Below are positions 8,132 through 17,788 of a stretch of DNA of 29,233 nucleotides, in pieces; positions within the stretch are counted from its first letter, which is position 1; every line of letters starts with the position of its first letter. The position numbers and the translations under genes are program-made. The stretch lies in assembly GCA_044070495.1 (NCBI GenBank), contig JBIPSI010000047.1, forward strand, positions 1 through 29,233. The letters run 5' to 3'. Below the pieces are notes generated by a model. It did not search any database. It was not told where the DNA came from and worked only from the letters and a program-made list of their open reading frames with translations. The DNA is from Spirulina sp. (lineage in GTDB: Bacteria; Cyanobacteriota; Cyanobacteriia; Phormidesmidales; Phormidesmidaceae).

Positions 8132-9508
8132 ATGCGCCTAGTGGCCTACCGCTACCACAGTCTGGGATTAGTACATTCCCAAGACAAGGCCAGCCCTCCG
8201 TTTCCAGCGATCCTGGGGGTTGGGTGGCCCGATCAAGATGTACCGTCTGACACGAAGGTTCAGATCTACGAAGACCACGCCATCGCTGCCGACCCCAGCT
8301 ATCGGCCCCAGCTTGCCCAGCTTCTGGCCGATAACCAACGCATGCCCGCCGATCACCTGTGGGTCGAGAACCTGGCCGACCTGGGGGATAGTCCGGCGGC
8401 GGTGCAGCGGTGTTTAGACGACCTCGCCCAGGCGGGAACCACGGTATGCGTCGGGGGCGATCATCCGCTGATCCTCAACCAAGACCTGCCCCTAAACGAC
8501 ACCATGGCCCTAGCCACCGCCATGCAGGATCAGCAACAGCGACGGCAAAAGCAAGCAGGCCATGCGCGTAATCGGCTCCAGGCGTTACCCCCACCGGGTA
8601 AAGCTCCCTACGGCTATCGACGGGGCCAGGGGCGTTATCTGATCGACCGCACAGCCGCTCCGGTGATTACCGCTTTTGTCAACGAATTTTTGCTCTACGG
8701 TTCCCTGCGGGGGGCGGTGCGCTTTGTGGAAAAACGGTTTGGCAAGCGCATTTCGGTTTCCACTGGGCAGCGCTGGCTTAGCCATCCGGTTTACCGGGGC
8801 GATTTGCAATACCGTGATGGTCAGGTGATTCGCGACACCCACGCCGCCATCATCTCCCGCGACGAATCCGCCCAAATTGATCGCCTGCTGCGCCGCAACC
8901 GCCCCCTCCCCCCGCGCACCGCCGGAGCCCCTCGCTCCCTGGCTGGATTGGTGCAGTGCCACACCTGTGGTAGCCCCATGACCGTCTCCACCACCACCGT
9001 GCGGGGCAAGGCCCAGAGCTATCTCTACCTGCGCCCCACCGCCTGTTCTCAACAGCCCCGCTGCCGCGCCATCTCCTACGACGAGGTGCTCCAGGCCGTG
9101 ATTGCCGACATTTGCCACACCCTGCCCCAGGCCGTCGCCCAATGGCAAACTGCCCGAACCACCGCCGCCCCAATCCCTAATCCCCAATCCCAACTGCAAA
9201 GCCAATTACAGCAGCGGGAATCAGCCCTTAACCAACTTCCTGCCCTGATCGAATCGGGGATTTTGGACGACGAAATCGCCGCCCTGCGCCGCTACAAACT
9301 GCGTGGAGAAATTGCCCAAATTGAACAACAGATCGCCCAACTACCCCCCGTCAACCTGGCAGAATTAGCCCCCTCCGTAGCCCTACCCCAGTTTTGGCTA
9401 GACCTCTCCGAAGCTGAACGCCGCTTCTTTTTCCGCGAGTTCATCCGTCGCGTTGACCTCCATCGCCAGAATGGAACATGGCACATCAACCTCACTTTTG
9501 TGTTCTAG
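8132..9508 (+). CDS. Large serine recombinase-family protein (recombinase domain, Zn ribbon, coiled coil) with degenerate catalytic domain
   Basis: GKAPYGY, WLSHPVYRG, HAAIIS, LAGLVQCHTCG and C-terminal ERRFFFREFI motifs; ATG 8132 preferred. Confidence 0.85.
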   Translation: MRLVAYRYHSLGLVHSQDKASPPFPAILGVGWPDQDVPSDTKVQIYEDHAIAADPSYRPQLAQLLADNQRMPADHLWVENLADLGDSPAAVQRCLDDLAQAGTTVCVGGDHPLILNQDLPLNDTMALATAMQDQQQRRQKQAGHARNRLQALPPPGKAPYGYRRGQGRYLIDRTAAPVITAFVNEFLLYGSLRGAVRFVEKRFGKRISVSTGQRWLSHPVYRGDLQYRDGQVIRDTHAAIISRDESAQIDRLLRRNRPLPPRTAGAPRSLAGLVQCHTCGSPMTVSTTTVRGKAQSYLYLRPTACSQQPRCRAISYDEVLQAVIADICHTLPQAVAQWQTARTTAAPIPNPQSQLQSQLQQRESALNQLPALIESGILDDEIAALRRYKLRGEIAQIEQQIAQLPPVNLAELAPSVALPQFWLDLSEAERRFFFREFIRRVDLHRQNGTWHINLTFVF

Positions 9509-9650
9509 CCTGAGAAGGAATGGGCTTGGCTAACCGATCATCCCGATGGGCAAACTTCACCCAAGCTGATCCGGATCAATGCCCTGTGCCTTCAGTCAGT
9601 CGATGCGCCAATCGGCTGAGTCTGGGCTTCGCTAAGGTCAAAGCAGCCTA

Positions 9651-9783
9651 AGCGGGCGTTTGAAAAGGGTTGCCTCAGGTGCGATTGGTCGCTAGATCGG
9701 TGCAAATCTACGGGATTTTTGACGACTGAGGCTGACCTCATCGGTATCACTTGGGACGAGCTTCGGCTTTTCAAACGTCCGCT
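9651..9783. mobile_element. 133-bp MITE with 17-bp terminal inverted repeats and TA target duplication
   Basis: AGCGGGCGTTTGAAAAG (9651-9667) and CTTTTCAAACGTCCGCT (9767-9783) match with 1 mismatch; flanked by ccTA and TAgg. Confidence 0.75.
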
Positions 9784-10763
9784 TAGGATTGAGGCTTCCG
9801 CACGGGCTTCTCCAGCATGGGCTTGCCTTGCAGAGCCTCAAAGAGGCCGAGGACAACGCTACCTGTGGGCCATTGGCTGAGCGGTTTGAGGAATTTGTCC
9901 AGGGGGTTGAAGTCTACCAACCAAGGGCCAAAGCAGATGCCGAGGGGTTCTAGATGTTTGCCCTCCAGTTTGTGGTGGAGCCGTCCCTTAGGTTTGAGGT
10001 AGTTGTAGAGCCAGAGGACATCGCTGGTGTTGGGGTCGGGGTCGCCGATGTGGCCCGCTACCGTATCTTGGGCAAAAGACACCAGGGCTGTGAGGTTGAA
10101 TAGACGGCTGCGGTCAATCAGGGTAAGGGTTTGCTGGCGTGTGGGCTGCACCCCTAGCCCTAGGGTATCCAGCAGGTGGGCTAGGGCTTGGAGGGGAACG
10201 GCACTGGTGGTATCGCTCACATCGGGGGCCAGCAGTTGGGCAGGCTGGTTCCAAATGGTGGACACCTCCCCCAGGCGATGGCGCAGCCAGTGGGCCTTCT
10301 GGGTTCCAATCACCTCCTCTAAGGCTGTATCGGTGGGATCTTGCTCAACGCCGCAGAGGAGTTCGAGCAGGGCGATATACTTGCAGCCCAGGCTGTGCCC
10401 TAACCAGAGGTAGCGGTCGTTCTGGCGATAGGGGTGGTCATCGTATCCAGCCTGCCGAGCCAATTCTGGCAGATAGCGCTGGAGCCGTCGCTGTTCCTCC
10501 AGAAGGTCTAGGGCGATGCTCCAGTGGCGGAAACTAAACCGAAAGGGTATGGCGACCACGGTGTAGCCCTCCTGGTAGAGCACCTGGAGCAGGTGACGAT
10601 AACTGAGGGTGGGGAAGGATCCAAACAGGGCACCGCCAATGAACTGAATAATGCCCTTGGGCTGGGGGTGCAGGGCCACCCAACTAAAGGAAACGGGCTG
10701 GAACGAGGCCGAGGGTGGAGTGGCCATGGGGGCTAGCGTTGGGGTTGAAAGTGGGGCTGGCAT
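9783..10763 (-). CDS. DUF1350-family alpha/beta hydrolase-fold protein
   Basis: PKGIIQFIGGA..G.FP, GHSLGCK nucleophile elbow, GKHLEP; AGGAGA RBS precedes ATG 10763. Confidence 0.85.
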   Translation of the reverse strand: MPAPLSTPTLAPMATPPSASFQPVSFSWVALHPQPKGIIQFIGGALFGSFPTLSYRHLLQVLYQEGYTVVAIPFRFSFRHWSIALDLLEEQRRLQRYLPELARQAGYDDHPYRQNDRYLWLGHSLGCKYIALLELLCGVEQDPTDTALEEVIGTQKAHWLRHRLGEVSTIWNQPAQLLAPDVSDTTSAVPLQALAHLLDTLGLGVQPTRQQTLTLIDRSRLFNLTALVSFAQDTVAGHIGDPDPNTSDVLWLYNYLKPKGRLHHKLEGKHLEPLGICFGPWLVDFNPLDKFLKPLSQWPTGSVVLGLFEALQGKPMLEKPVRKPQS

Positions 10764-10860
10764 TGGGGAAAATCTCCTGGATGGCCCCACCCGCAGGTTG
10801 GTGATTGGTCTACGGATGGAGGGTAATCCCAAATCCGACTGACTGCCCCCCAGTATCAAC

Positions 10861-10883
10861 GGGCGAGGAGACCTCGCCCCTAC
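10861..10883. repeat. REP-like hairpin GGGCGAGG-AGA-CCTCGCCC-CTAC
   Basis: 8-bp stem followed by CTAC (GTAG on the other strand). Confidence 0.6.
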
Positions 10884-10955
10884 CGTGTGCCCGGTTGAGC
10901 ATCGGGGCTTTCTACTGCGGATTTGGCATGATCTATGGCAGCGATGGAAGGGTCG

Positions 10956-11819
10956 CTACTGAATCACCGGCTCCATGCGGATGGGGATCTCCAGGCGGGA
11001 CAGTAGGTTGCTGACGGTGCTCAGGTTTTCTGCGCTGGGATCGACCTGGGCCAGGGTTTCGGCCAATACCTCGGCCCGTGCGGCGGGGCTAAGCAGCGAT
11101 AGGTCGATGGCGGGCCGATCCAGAAATTCCGGCACCAGGGGGCGGTTAATTCCCACGTTGTCCACAAAAATTGGATCAATTAGGAAGGAACCGGGTTCGG
11201 GGGTAATTTCGTTTAGCCCCTTGCCGCTGGCTAGTTGCAGGGGGTAGTTGATTTGGTCAAAGTCGCCGCCGCTGTTGGGGAAGGTATTGGGCAGGAACGT
11301 GCCGCGAGTCTCTGGGTTGAGCAGTACCTTTACGGGCGTGGTACTCTGAGGCCGCAGGCGGAACCCTTGGCTGAGGGCGGGCAGAGTGAGCCGCACAAAG
11401 CCGCGAATTTCGAGTTGGGGGTTGGCCGCTGAGAGCAAGCCGGGCTTGGCCAGGTCGGGCAGAAGCTGGAGGGAGGCCGTTTGTTTGGCGGGTACCCGAA
11501 ACCGCGTGGTAAATACGGGCGTTGCAGGGCTGGGGGCCACCGGATTGAGGGACAAAAAGCTGTTGGCCCCAGCCAGGTCATAGGCGACAATCGCGTTGCC
11601 CGCCAGGGTGCGGTCGGGATTGATCGGATTGGGCCGAGTAACGTGAAATTCTAGTTGATAGGTGAAATCCCGATCTTCCAGGTTAGACAGGGTCAAAAAA
11701 TATCCCTGAATAACGCGGCGGGACACGTTACCAAGGGCATTGGCCAGGGACGCCGGAGTGCCAGCGGGCGGGGGCGGGGCAATGCGCTTCACCAACAGTT
11801 CAAAGGTCGTAATTTCCAT
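10956..11819 (-). CDS. Hypothetical protein (~287 aa, begins MEITTFELLVKRI)
   Basis: Long ORF; ATG 11819 with upstream AGGA preferred over TTG 11960; no recognisable family. Confidence 0.7.
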   Translation of the reverse strand: MEITTFELLVKRIAPPPPAGTPASLANALGNVSRRVIQGYFLTLSNLEDRDFTYQLEFHVTRPNPINPDRTLAGNAIVAYDLAGANSFLSLNPVAPSPATPVFTTRFRVPAKQTASLQLLPDLAKPGLLSAANPQLEIRGFVRLTLPALSQGFRLRPQSTTPVKVLLNPETRGTFLPNTFPNSGGDFDQINYPLQLASGKGLNEITPEPGSFLIDPIFVDNVGINRPLVPEFLDRPAIDLSLLSPAARAEVLAETLAQVDPSAENLSTVSNLLSRLEIPIRMEPVIQ

Positions 11820-12003
11820 TGGGGGGGTTCCTAAAACAACGACTCCAATCCCCACCAGGCCGAGCGTTGGGTTATCTTGGTGCTCCAGCCCGTCGGGGTT
11901 GAACCCATTGTGCGGTTGCCCCCAGGGCCTTGCCGTCACCCACGCGGGTACTTTAGCCAACGGGTACCTGGGAATGCGTTAGGTCAAGCCTCCCCCAGCC
12001 CCA

Positions 12004-12777
12004 TTAACCCCAGGCCGTATCGCCCAAATTTGGCGGCACATCCTGCCAGCGGCCATCCCCTACGGCCCGGATGGCTTCCTTTAGATTTACATCCCCGGTG
12101 TAGATGGCGCGACCGACAATCACACCCTTCACGCCCACGGGTTCCAGCGCTAACAGGGAAAGCAGATCCCGCAGGGCACCCACGCCCCCAGAGGCAATCA
12201 CGGGCATGGTCACCGCCTCAGCCATGGTTCGGAGGGCGTCCATATTAGGGCCTTTGAGGGTGCCGTCGCGTTTGATGTCGGTGTAGATCACGGCGGCGGC
12301 TCCCCGTTGCGCCATCTGTTGGGCCAGGTCAACGGCTTCCACCTCAGAAATGTCTAGCCAGCCCCTGGTGGCCACCTTGCCGTCCTTGGCATCAATCCCA
12401 ACGATGATCTGGCCGGGATAGTCGGCACTTAAATCACTCACCAAATCAGGATTTTCAATCGCCGCCGTACCCAAAATGGCGTAGCGCACTCCCAGGTCAA
12501 ACAGGGCCTTCACCCGATCCCGATCCCGCAGACCACCGCCCACCTCCACGGGCATACTCACCGCCCGCGTAATCGCCTCAATCGCCTGCCAGTTCTCCGG
12601 CTTGCCCGATTTTGCCCCGTCCAAATCTACTAAATGCAGCCGAGTCGCGCCCTGTTCCTCCCACTGCCGCGCCACCGCCACTGGGTTGTCGTCAAACACC
12701 TCCGATTGGGCATAGTCGCCCTGATATAGGCGCACACAACGGCCTTCTAGCAAATCAATGGCGGGGATAACTTCCAT
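12004..12777 (-). CDS. hisA: ProFAR isomerase HisA
   Basis: [46 protein letters not shown] and IASGGV motifs. Confidence 0.97.
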   Translation of the reverse strand: MEVIPAIDLLEGRCVRLYQGDYAQSEVFDDNPVAVARQWEEQGATRLHLVDLDGAKSGKPENWQAIEAITRAVSMPVEVGGGLRDRDRVKALFDLGVRYAILGTAAIENPDLVSDLSADYPGQIIVGIDAKDGKVATRGWLDISEVEAVDLAQQMAQRGAAAVIYTDIKRDGTLKGPNMDALRTMAEAVTMPVIASGGVGALRDLLSLLALEPVGVKGVIVGRAIYTGDVNLKEAIRAVGDGRWQDVPPNLGDTAWG

Positions 12778-12805
12778 GGTTCAGGGTTTCACAACAGCGA
12801 GCAAC

Positions 12806-12943
12806 GGGGACTTGGATAGATTATTGAATCCAGTTCCCCCCTTTTTAAGGGGGGCTAGGGGGGATCCACACAAAGAACCAATCCGCATAGAGACTTATGT
12901 GTAAGCAGTAGCCCCCCCTGGGAGAGGGGCTAGGGGTAAGGGC
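12806..12943. repeat. Composite cyanobacterial palindromic repeat between hisA and fabI
   Basis: TTCCCCCCTTTTTAAGGGGGGCTAGGGGGGATC block also occurs near 29182-29214; 12893-12931 is an imperfect reverse complement of 29074-29113. Confidence 0.75.
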
Positions 12944-13063
12944 TAGTCTCTGCCCAAAGGATAGTTTCTCAATCTACCAAGCCCATCCATTCTATCGGCC
13001 CATCCCCTACCCACGGGCACCAATTTCCCGTAGACTCCAGAATGCGAATCACAACAGAGAACC

Positions 13064-13840
13064 ATGCTAGACCTGACTGGGAAAAACGCCCTGGTAACGG
13101 GCATCGCCAACAATCGATCCATCGCCTGGGGCATCGCCCAGCAGCTCCATGCCGCCGGGGCCAACCTTGGCATCACCTACCTGCCCGACGAAAAGGGCAA
13201 AATGGAAGGCAAGGTGAAGGACTTGGTGGATCCCCTCAATCCCAGTCTGTTTTTGCCCTGCAATGTGCAGGACGAAGCCCAGGTTTCCGAGGTTTTCAAC
13301 ACCATCGGCCAAGAATGGGGCAAGCTAGATATCCTCATCCACTGCCTCGCCTTCGCCAACCGTGACGACCTCTCTGGTGATTTCAGCAACACCTCCAAGG
13401 AGGGCTACCAACTGGCCCTAGATGTCAGCGCCTACTCCCTCATCACCCTCGCCCGTGGGGCCAAACCCCTGATGACCGAGGGCGGCAGCATCGTCACCCT
13501 CAGCTACCTAGGCGGCGTGCGGGTGGTGCCCAACTACAACGTCATGGGCATCGCCAAGGCCGCCCTAGAAATGAACGTGCGCTACCTGGCTTCGGAGCTT
13601 GGCCCCAACAACATCCGGGTGAACGGCATTTCCGCTGGCCCCATCCGCACTCTGGCCTCCTCCGCCGTGGGCGGCATTCTGGATATGATCCACCACGTCG
13701 AAGAAATTGCCCCCCTGCGCCGCACCGTCACCCAAACCGAAGTGGGCAACACCGCCGCATTCCTCTGTAGCGATCTGTCTAGCGGCATGACCGGGCAAAT
13801 TCTCTACGTCGATTCCGGCTACTGCATCATGGGAATGTAA
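13064..13840 (+). CDS. fabI: Enoyl-ACP reductase FabI
   Basis: GIANNRSIAWGIA, YNVMGIAKAALE and ISAGPIRTLAS motifs. Confidence 0.97.
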   Translation: MLDLTGKNALVTGIANNRSIAWGIAQQLHAAGANLGITYLPDEKGKMEGKVKDLVDPLNPSLFLPCNVQDEAQVSEVFNTIGQEWGKLDILIHCLAFANRDDLSGDFSNTSKEGYQLALDVSAYSLITLARGAKPLMTEGGSIVTLSYLGGVRVVPNYNVMGIAKAALEMNVRYLASELGPNNIRVNGISAGPIRTLASSAVGGILDMIHHVEEIAPLRRTVTQTEVGNTAAFLCSDLSSGMTGQILYVDSGYCIMGM

Positions 13841-13852
13841 CCTATCGATAAC

Positions 13853-13873
13853 GTAGGGTGGGCAGTGCCCACC
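13853..13873. repeat. REP-like hairpin GTAG-GGTGGGCA-G-TGCCCACC after fabI
   Basis: GTAG followed by a perfect 8-bp stem. Confidence 0.65.
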
Positions 13874-14330
13874 ATCCGGCCCACAGACTTACCATGAGGC
13901 CGTCTCAAATTAGCCAAAAACTTGATCCCCAGCACCCGGAAATTCAGTTGTGAGTGATACTTTCTTCTGATAAGATCAGCTCACAGCGGTAGAAATACTT
14001 ATTAATCTCGATTCAGACGCCACGGGCAAGGCTCCTAAGCTATAGGGAATCTCCGTGTCTAAATCCTGAATTGAGACCTAGGCGCAAGGATTCTTGGCTT
14101 TGGTCAATAAGGTAGGTTCTGCCATAGATTGCCCCAGATTGCCCTAGGTGCGGCGCTTCAACAGAAGTCCTGTGCTATGGGAACTGAGGGAAAGACGCTT
14201 CACAAGCGCCACATTTTACGAGATATTTTTTGGGGTATTTCGTGGGGGTTTAGGGATGTTGCCTTGCGGCCAGCGGGGCATACCTTGCTTAAACTGCATG
14301 ACTTTAACAGGAGTTGTATAGAGGGAACCT

Positions 14331-15335
14331 ATGATCAGCAAGCCAGACAAAGTAGTTCTCATCGGTGTTGCGGGCGACTCTGGATGTGGTAAGTCCACTT
14401 TCCTCAGACGGCTGAGCGACCTGTTTGGGGCCGAGCTGATGACCGTCATCTGCCTGGATGATTACCACAGCCTCGACCGCAAGCAGCGCAAAGAAGCTGG
14501 CGTCACCGCCCTCGATCCTCGCGCCAACAACTTTGATCTCATGTACGAACAGATCAAAGCCCTGAAGGAAGGCAAGAGCATTGACAAGCCCATCTACAAC
14601 CACGAAACTGGTGAGCTTGATCCCCCTGAGCGGGTTGACCCCAACCGCATCATCGTGATTGAAGGTTTGCACCCCCTCTACGACGAGCGCGTCCGCGACC
14701 TGATCGACTTCAGCGTCTACCTCGACATCAGCGACGAGGTGAAAATTGCCTGGAAGATCCAGCGCGACATGGCCGAGCGTGGCCACACCTACGAAGATGT
14801 GCTGGCCTCCATCAACGCCCGCCGTCCCGACTTTGAAGCCTACATCGACATCCAAAAGCAGTACGCCGATGTGGTCATTCAAATTCTGCCCACCAAGCTG
14901 ATCCCCAACGACGAAGAGAAGAAAGTGCTGCGGGTGCGCCTGATGCAGCGGGAAGGCGTGGAAGGGTTCGACCCCGTCTACCTGTTTGACGAAGGCTCCA
15001 CCATCGACTGGATCCCCTGCGGTCGGAAGCTCACCTGCTCCTATCCCGGCATTCGGATGCACTACGGCCCCGACACCTACTACGGCCACGAGGTTTCTGT
15101 ACTAGAGGTGGATGGTCAGTTTGATCGATTGGAAGAGATGATCTACCTGGAAAGCCACCTGAGCAACACCTCCACCAAGTACTACGGTGAAATGACCGAG
15201 CTGCTGCTGAAGCACCGTGAATACCCCGGTTCCAGCAACGGTAGCGGCCTGTTCCAGGTGCTTGTGGGTCTGAAAATGCGCGCCACCTACGAGCGTCTGA
15301 CCTCCACCAGCCTCAACGTGGCCACCCACGCCTAG
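14331..15335 (+). CDS. prk: Phosphoribulokinase (cyanobacterial/plant type)
   Basis: GDSGCGKST P-loop, ICLDDYHSLDR, EGLHP, KIQRDMAERGH and regulatory Cys pair PCGRKLTCSYPG. Confidence 0.97.
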   Translation: MISKPDKVVLIGVAGDSGCGKSTFLRRLSDLFGAELMTVICLDDYHSLDRKQRKEAGVTALDPRANNFDLMYEQIKALKEGKSIDKPIYNHETGELDPPERVDPNRIIVIEGLHPLYDERVRDLIDFSVYLDISDEVKIAWKIQRDMAERGHTYEDVLASINARRPDFEAYIDIQKQYADVVIQILPTKLIPNDEEKKVLRVRLMQREGVEGFDPVYLFDEGSTIDWIPCGRKLTCSYPGIRMHYGPDTYYGHEVSVLEVDGQFDRLEEMIYLESHLSNTSTKYYGEMTELLLKHREYPGSSNGSGLFQVLVGLKMRATYERLTSTSLNVATHA

Positions 15336-15517
15336 GGTAAGCAAAACCGTACGGTGTATAACGCTAAGGCGAGGCTTCGCGTTGGCGAATTAATGCACCA
15401 CACCCACCATCATGGTCTGACGAATCATTGTCTGGCTCATAATCAAGGAGAGGATGCAGGGTTGTGTCCTCTCCTTTCTTTTGGAAGGGATTTCTCTTAC
15501 TAGGGTCTCTCCCCGCC

Positions 15518-15916
15518 ATGGATCTCACCCTCACTACCCCCGCCCTTTTGTTTCCCGCTATTTCCCTGCTGCTGCTGGCCTATACCAACCGCTTTCTGGT
15601 GCTGGCCCAGCTCATTCGCCAACTCCACAGTTCCGAGCGGGATTATTTTGAGGCGATGGTGCAAAAGCAAATTACCAACCTACGCCGCCGCATAGCTCTG
15701 ATTCGGCTGATGCAGGCGTTGGGAGTATCCAGCTTCATTTTCTGCACCCTGTCAATGTTTTCGCTGTTTGTGGATCAGCTTCGGTTGGCTGAGGTGTTGT
15801 TTGGGTCGGCCCTGGTTTTGCTGGCGGCCTCGCTGATTGTGTCCCTCTACGAAATCGCGATCAGCACCAAGGCCATTGAGGCCGAACTGGCGGATATCGT
15901 TGCGAAAAGTCGCTGA
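15518..15916 (+). CDS. DUF2721-like small membrane protein
   Basis: TTPALLFPAISLLLLAYTNRF N-terminus, three hydrophobic helices, EIAISTKA end; ATG 15518 preferred. Confidence 0.8.
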   Translation: MDLTLTTPALLFPAISLLLLAYTNRFLVLAQLIRQLHSSERDYFEAMVQKQITNLRRRIALIRLMQALGVSSFIFCTLSMFSLFVDQLRLAEVLFGSALVLLAASLIVSLYEIAISTKAIEAELADIVAKSR

Positions 15917-15950
15917 AAATACCCCGACCTAAGCCACGCCAATCCTCACT

Positions 15951-16049
15951 GGCCCTCACCCTAAATCCCTCTCCCAAGCTGGGAGAGGGATTTTGAAGGA
16001 TGCTCCAGTTCCCCTCTCCTCCCTGGGAGAGGGGCTAGGGGTGAGGGCC
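15951..16049. repeat. ~98-bp double-hairpin dispersed repeat (CCCTCACCC...CCCTCTCCC...GGGAGAGGG...GGGTGAGGG)
   Basis: Internally palindromic; inverted copy at 17397-17493. Confidence 0.85.
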
Positions 16050-16066
16050 GTCAAGGACTTACTGGG

Positions 16067-17242
16067 CTACTCAGGGGCCGACCAAGTGCGACCATCTAGG
16101 GCGGTTTGGACGGCTTGGCGCTGGTCGCGGAGGGTAATCCAGCGGTGGTAGGTACGGGTGTGGATGGCGACGGAGTGGCCCATCATCCGGGCGGCGACGG
16201 TGTCGGGGAGACCAAAGTGGATGGTGCGAACGGCCCAAGCATGGCGAAGGTCGTAGGGCGAAAAGGGCACCCCGTAGCGCTTGAACTGGAGGGCGACCTG
16301 TTGCCCCACCCGTTGCAGAGTGGTAGTGGCGAGATCAGTATTGATCGGCGGCAGTTCCCCTTGGCGCAATTCAAAGCGTTCCACCCATTCGGGATAGAAG
16401 GGCCAAACGTCGTGCAGTCCGGTTTTGGTGGTTTCGAGGACGGTAATCCGAGCTTCGGGGTCGCCTGTGGACAAAAGGCTGCGGTCACAAAAAAATACCT
16501 CATGGTTTCGCAAGCCGTAGGCGGCCATTAATCCATAAACCGTACGCCAAGCGGGGTTTGGGATCAGGTCATGCCAGGTCAAAATATCCTCATCGGTGGG
16601 CAGGTGGCGGCGCTGGGTTTTGTGGCTGCCGTAGGTGCCCCACAGGGTCTCTAGGTCAACGGGCAGAGCAATTTTATGAAAATCCGCAAAGGCTTTGAGG
16701 GCCGTACAACCCACTTGCCGACTGCGGGCCTGTCGGGGCAGGGCTTCTAAGGTCGCCACAATGGCCTGTCCTAGAGATTGGCGCGGGTGGTCGTTCACCT
16801 GGGCCAGCAGCTTATTCAGGTAGGGGGCGTAGGCCTTTGTCCAGGTACTTTTCAGCGCTGCTTGGGCCGCGATATCCTCCCCCGGACGGTGGAACCAGTG
16901 GGATTGAAACTGATCAATCAGGTCGGCGATGGGCTGATGGTCGGGATCGGCAGGGACTTCAGTGGGTAGGTACTCGGCCCAATCAAAGGCGCGCTCAATT
17001 AGTCGGGCGGCGATCACCTTGGCGTCTTGCTCAATTTGCTTCAGTCCGGCCTTGGTGGCGGGGATGCCCAGGGGAATGCGCTGCTGGTGGGGTTTGGTAC
17101 GGCCACTGTCGGGCCTAGGCGGTAGGGTACCCCGCAGGGCCAGTCGATCTCCGCGCCGCTCCACCGCTAATCCCATGCGAGCCGCTTTCAGCCGTTCGTT
17201 GAGCTTGGCAATGGCGGCATCTAGGCTATCCGTGGCTCCCAT
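16067..17242 (-). CDS. Site-specific tyrosine integrase, cyanobacterial XisA/XisC-like
   Basis: LALRGTLPP N-terminal motif; YGLRNHE, TKTG, YDLRH, MGHS and HTRTYHRW catalytic motifs. Confidence 0.9.
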   Translation of the reverse strand: MGATDSLDAAIAKLNERLKAARMGLAVERRGDRLALRGTLPPRPDSGRTKPHQQRIPLGIPATKAGLKQIEQDAKVIAARLIERAFDWAEYLPTEVPADPDHQPIADLIDQFQSHWFHRPGEDIAAQAALKSTWTKAYAPYLNKLLAQVNDHPRQSLGQAIVATLEALPRQARSRQVGCTALKAFADFHKIALPVDLETLWGTYGSHKTQRRHLPTDEDILTWHDLIPNPAWRTVYGLMAAYGLRNHEVFFCDRSLLSTGDPEARITVLETTKTGLHDVWPFYPEWVERFELRQGELPPINTDLATTTLQRVGQQVALQFKRYGVPFSPYDLRHAWAVRTIHFGLPDTVAARMMGHSVAIHTRTYHRWITLRDQRQAVQTALDGRTWSAPE

Positions 17243-17396
17243 ATCCAGTGCATTTTCGGGTAAGGACAGATTAAAGGTAAAGCCCCGTAGGGTGAGTTGG
17301 CGCAGCGTAACCCAGCCTGGTTAAGGCTTTAATGCGTTACAGCAACACCTAACCCATTTTCAGTAGATCACAAACTCTCTTGACTGCCCTAAGCTT

Positions 17397-17493
17397 GGCC
17401 CTCACCCCCAGCCCCTCTCCCACGAAGGAGAGGGGAGTCGGAAGTCCTTCAAAGGCCCTCTTCCAACATGGGAGAGGGATTTAGGGTGAGGGC
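17397..17493. repeat. Inverted copy of the 15951-16049 repeat
   Basis: Its reverse complement aligns end to end with 15952-16049, with scattered mismatches. Confidence 0.85.
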
Positions 17494-17788
17494 TGGATCG
17501 TGCCAAAAGGGGCCGTTTGTGTCCTAATGATTCTACTCAAGATGCCGACAACTGACTAAATCGGTAGATTCAGCGACGTTTTACCGTGGAATCGGCGGAT
17601 TCGTGGATGGATGATCAACTGACCCTGTAGAATGGGTAGTATTAGGAACAGTTAGCATTAAGGCTGAGCCAAGGCTAACGATTCCCGCCAAAATCTCCCC
17701 GCCAGCCTGGGGAACTCGCCGCAGCTATCGGCGGCAAATTGTTACGATAATAAAAGATTATTCGCCGTTTAGAAAACAGCACAGTGCC

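Noticed and set aside
9592..9774. 60-aa ORF
   Set aside because: Mostly inside the MITE, TTG start, no coding signal
14304..15089. Long antisense ORFs over prk (likewise over rnz, glcD, puuE and hemH)
   Set aside because: Expected by-product of GC-rich codon bias in real genes
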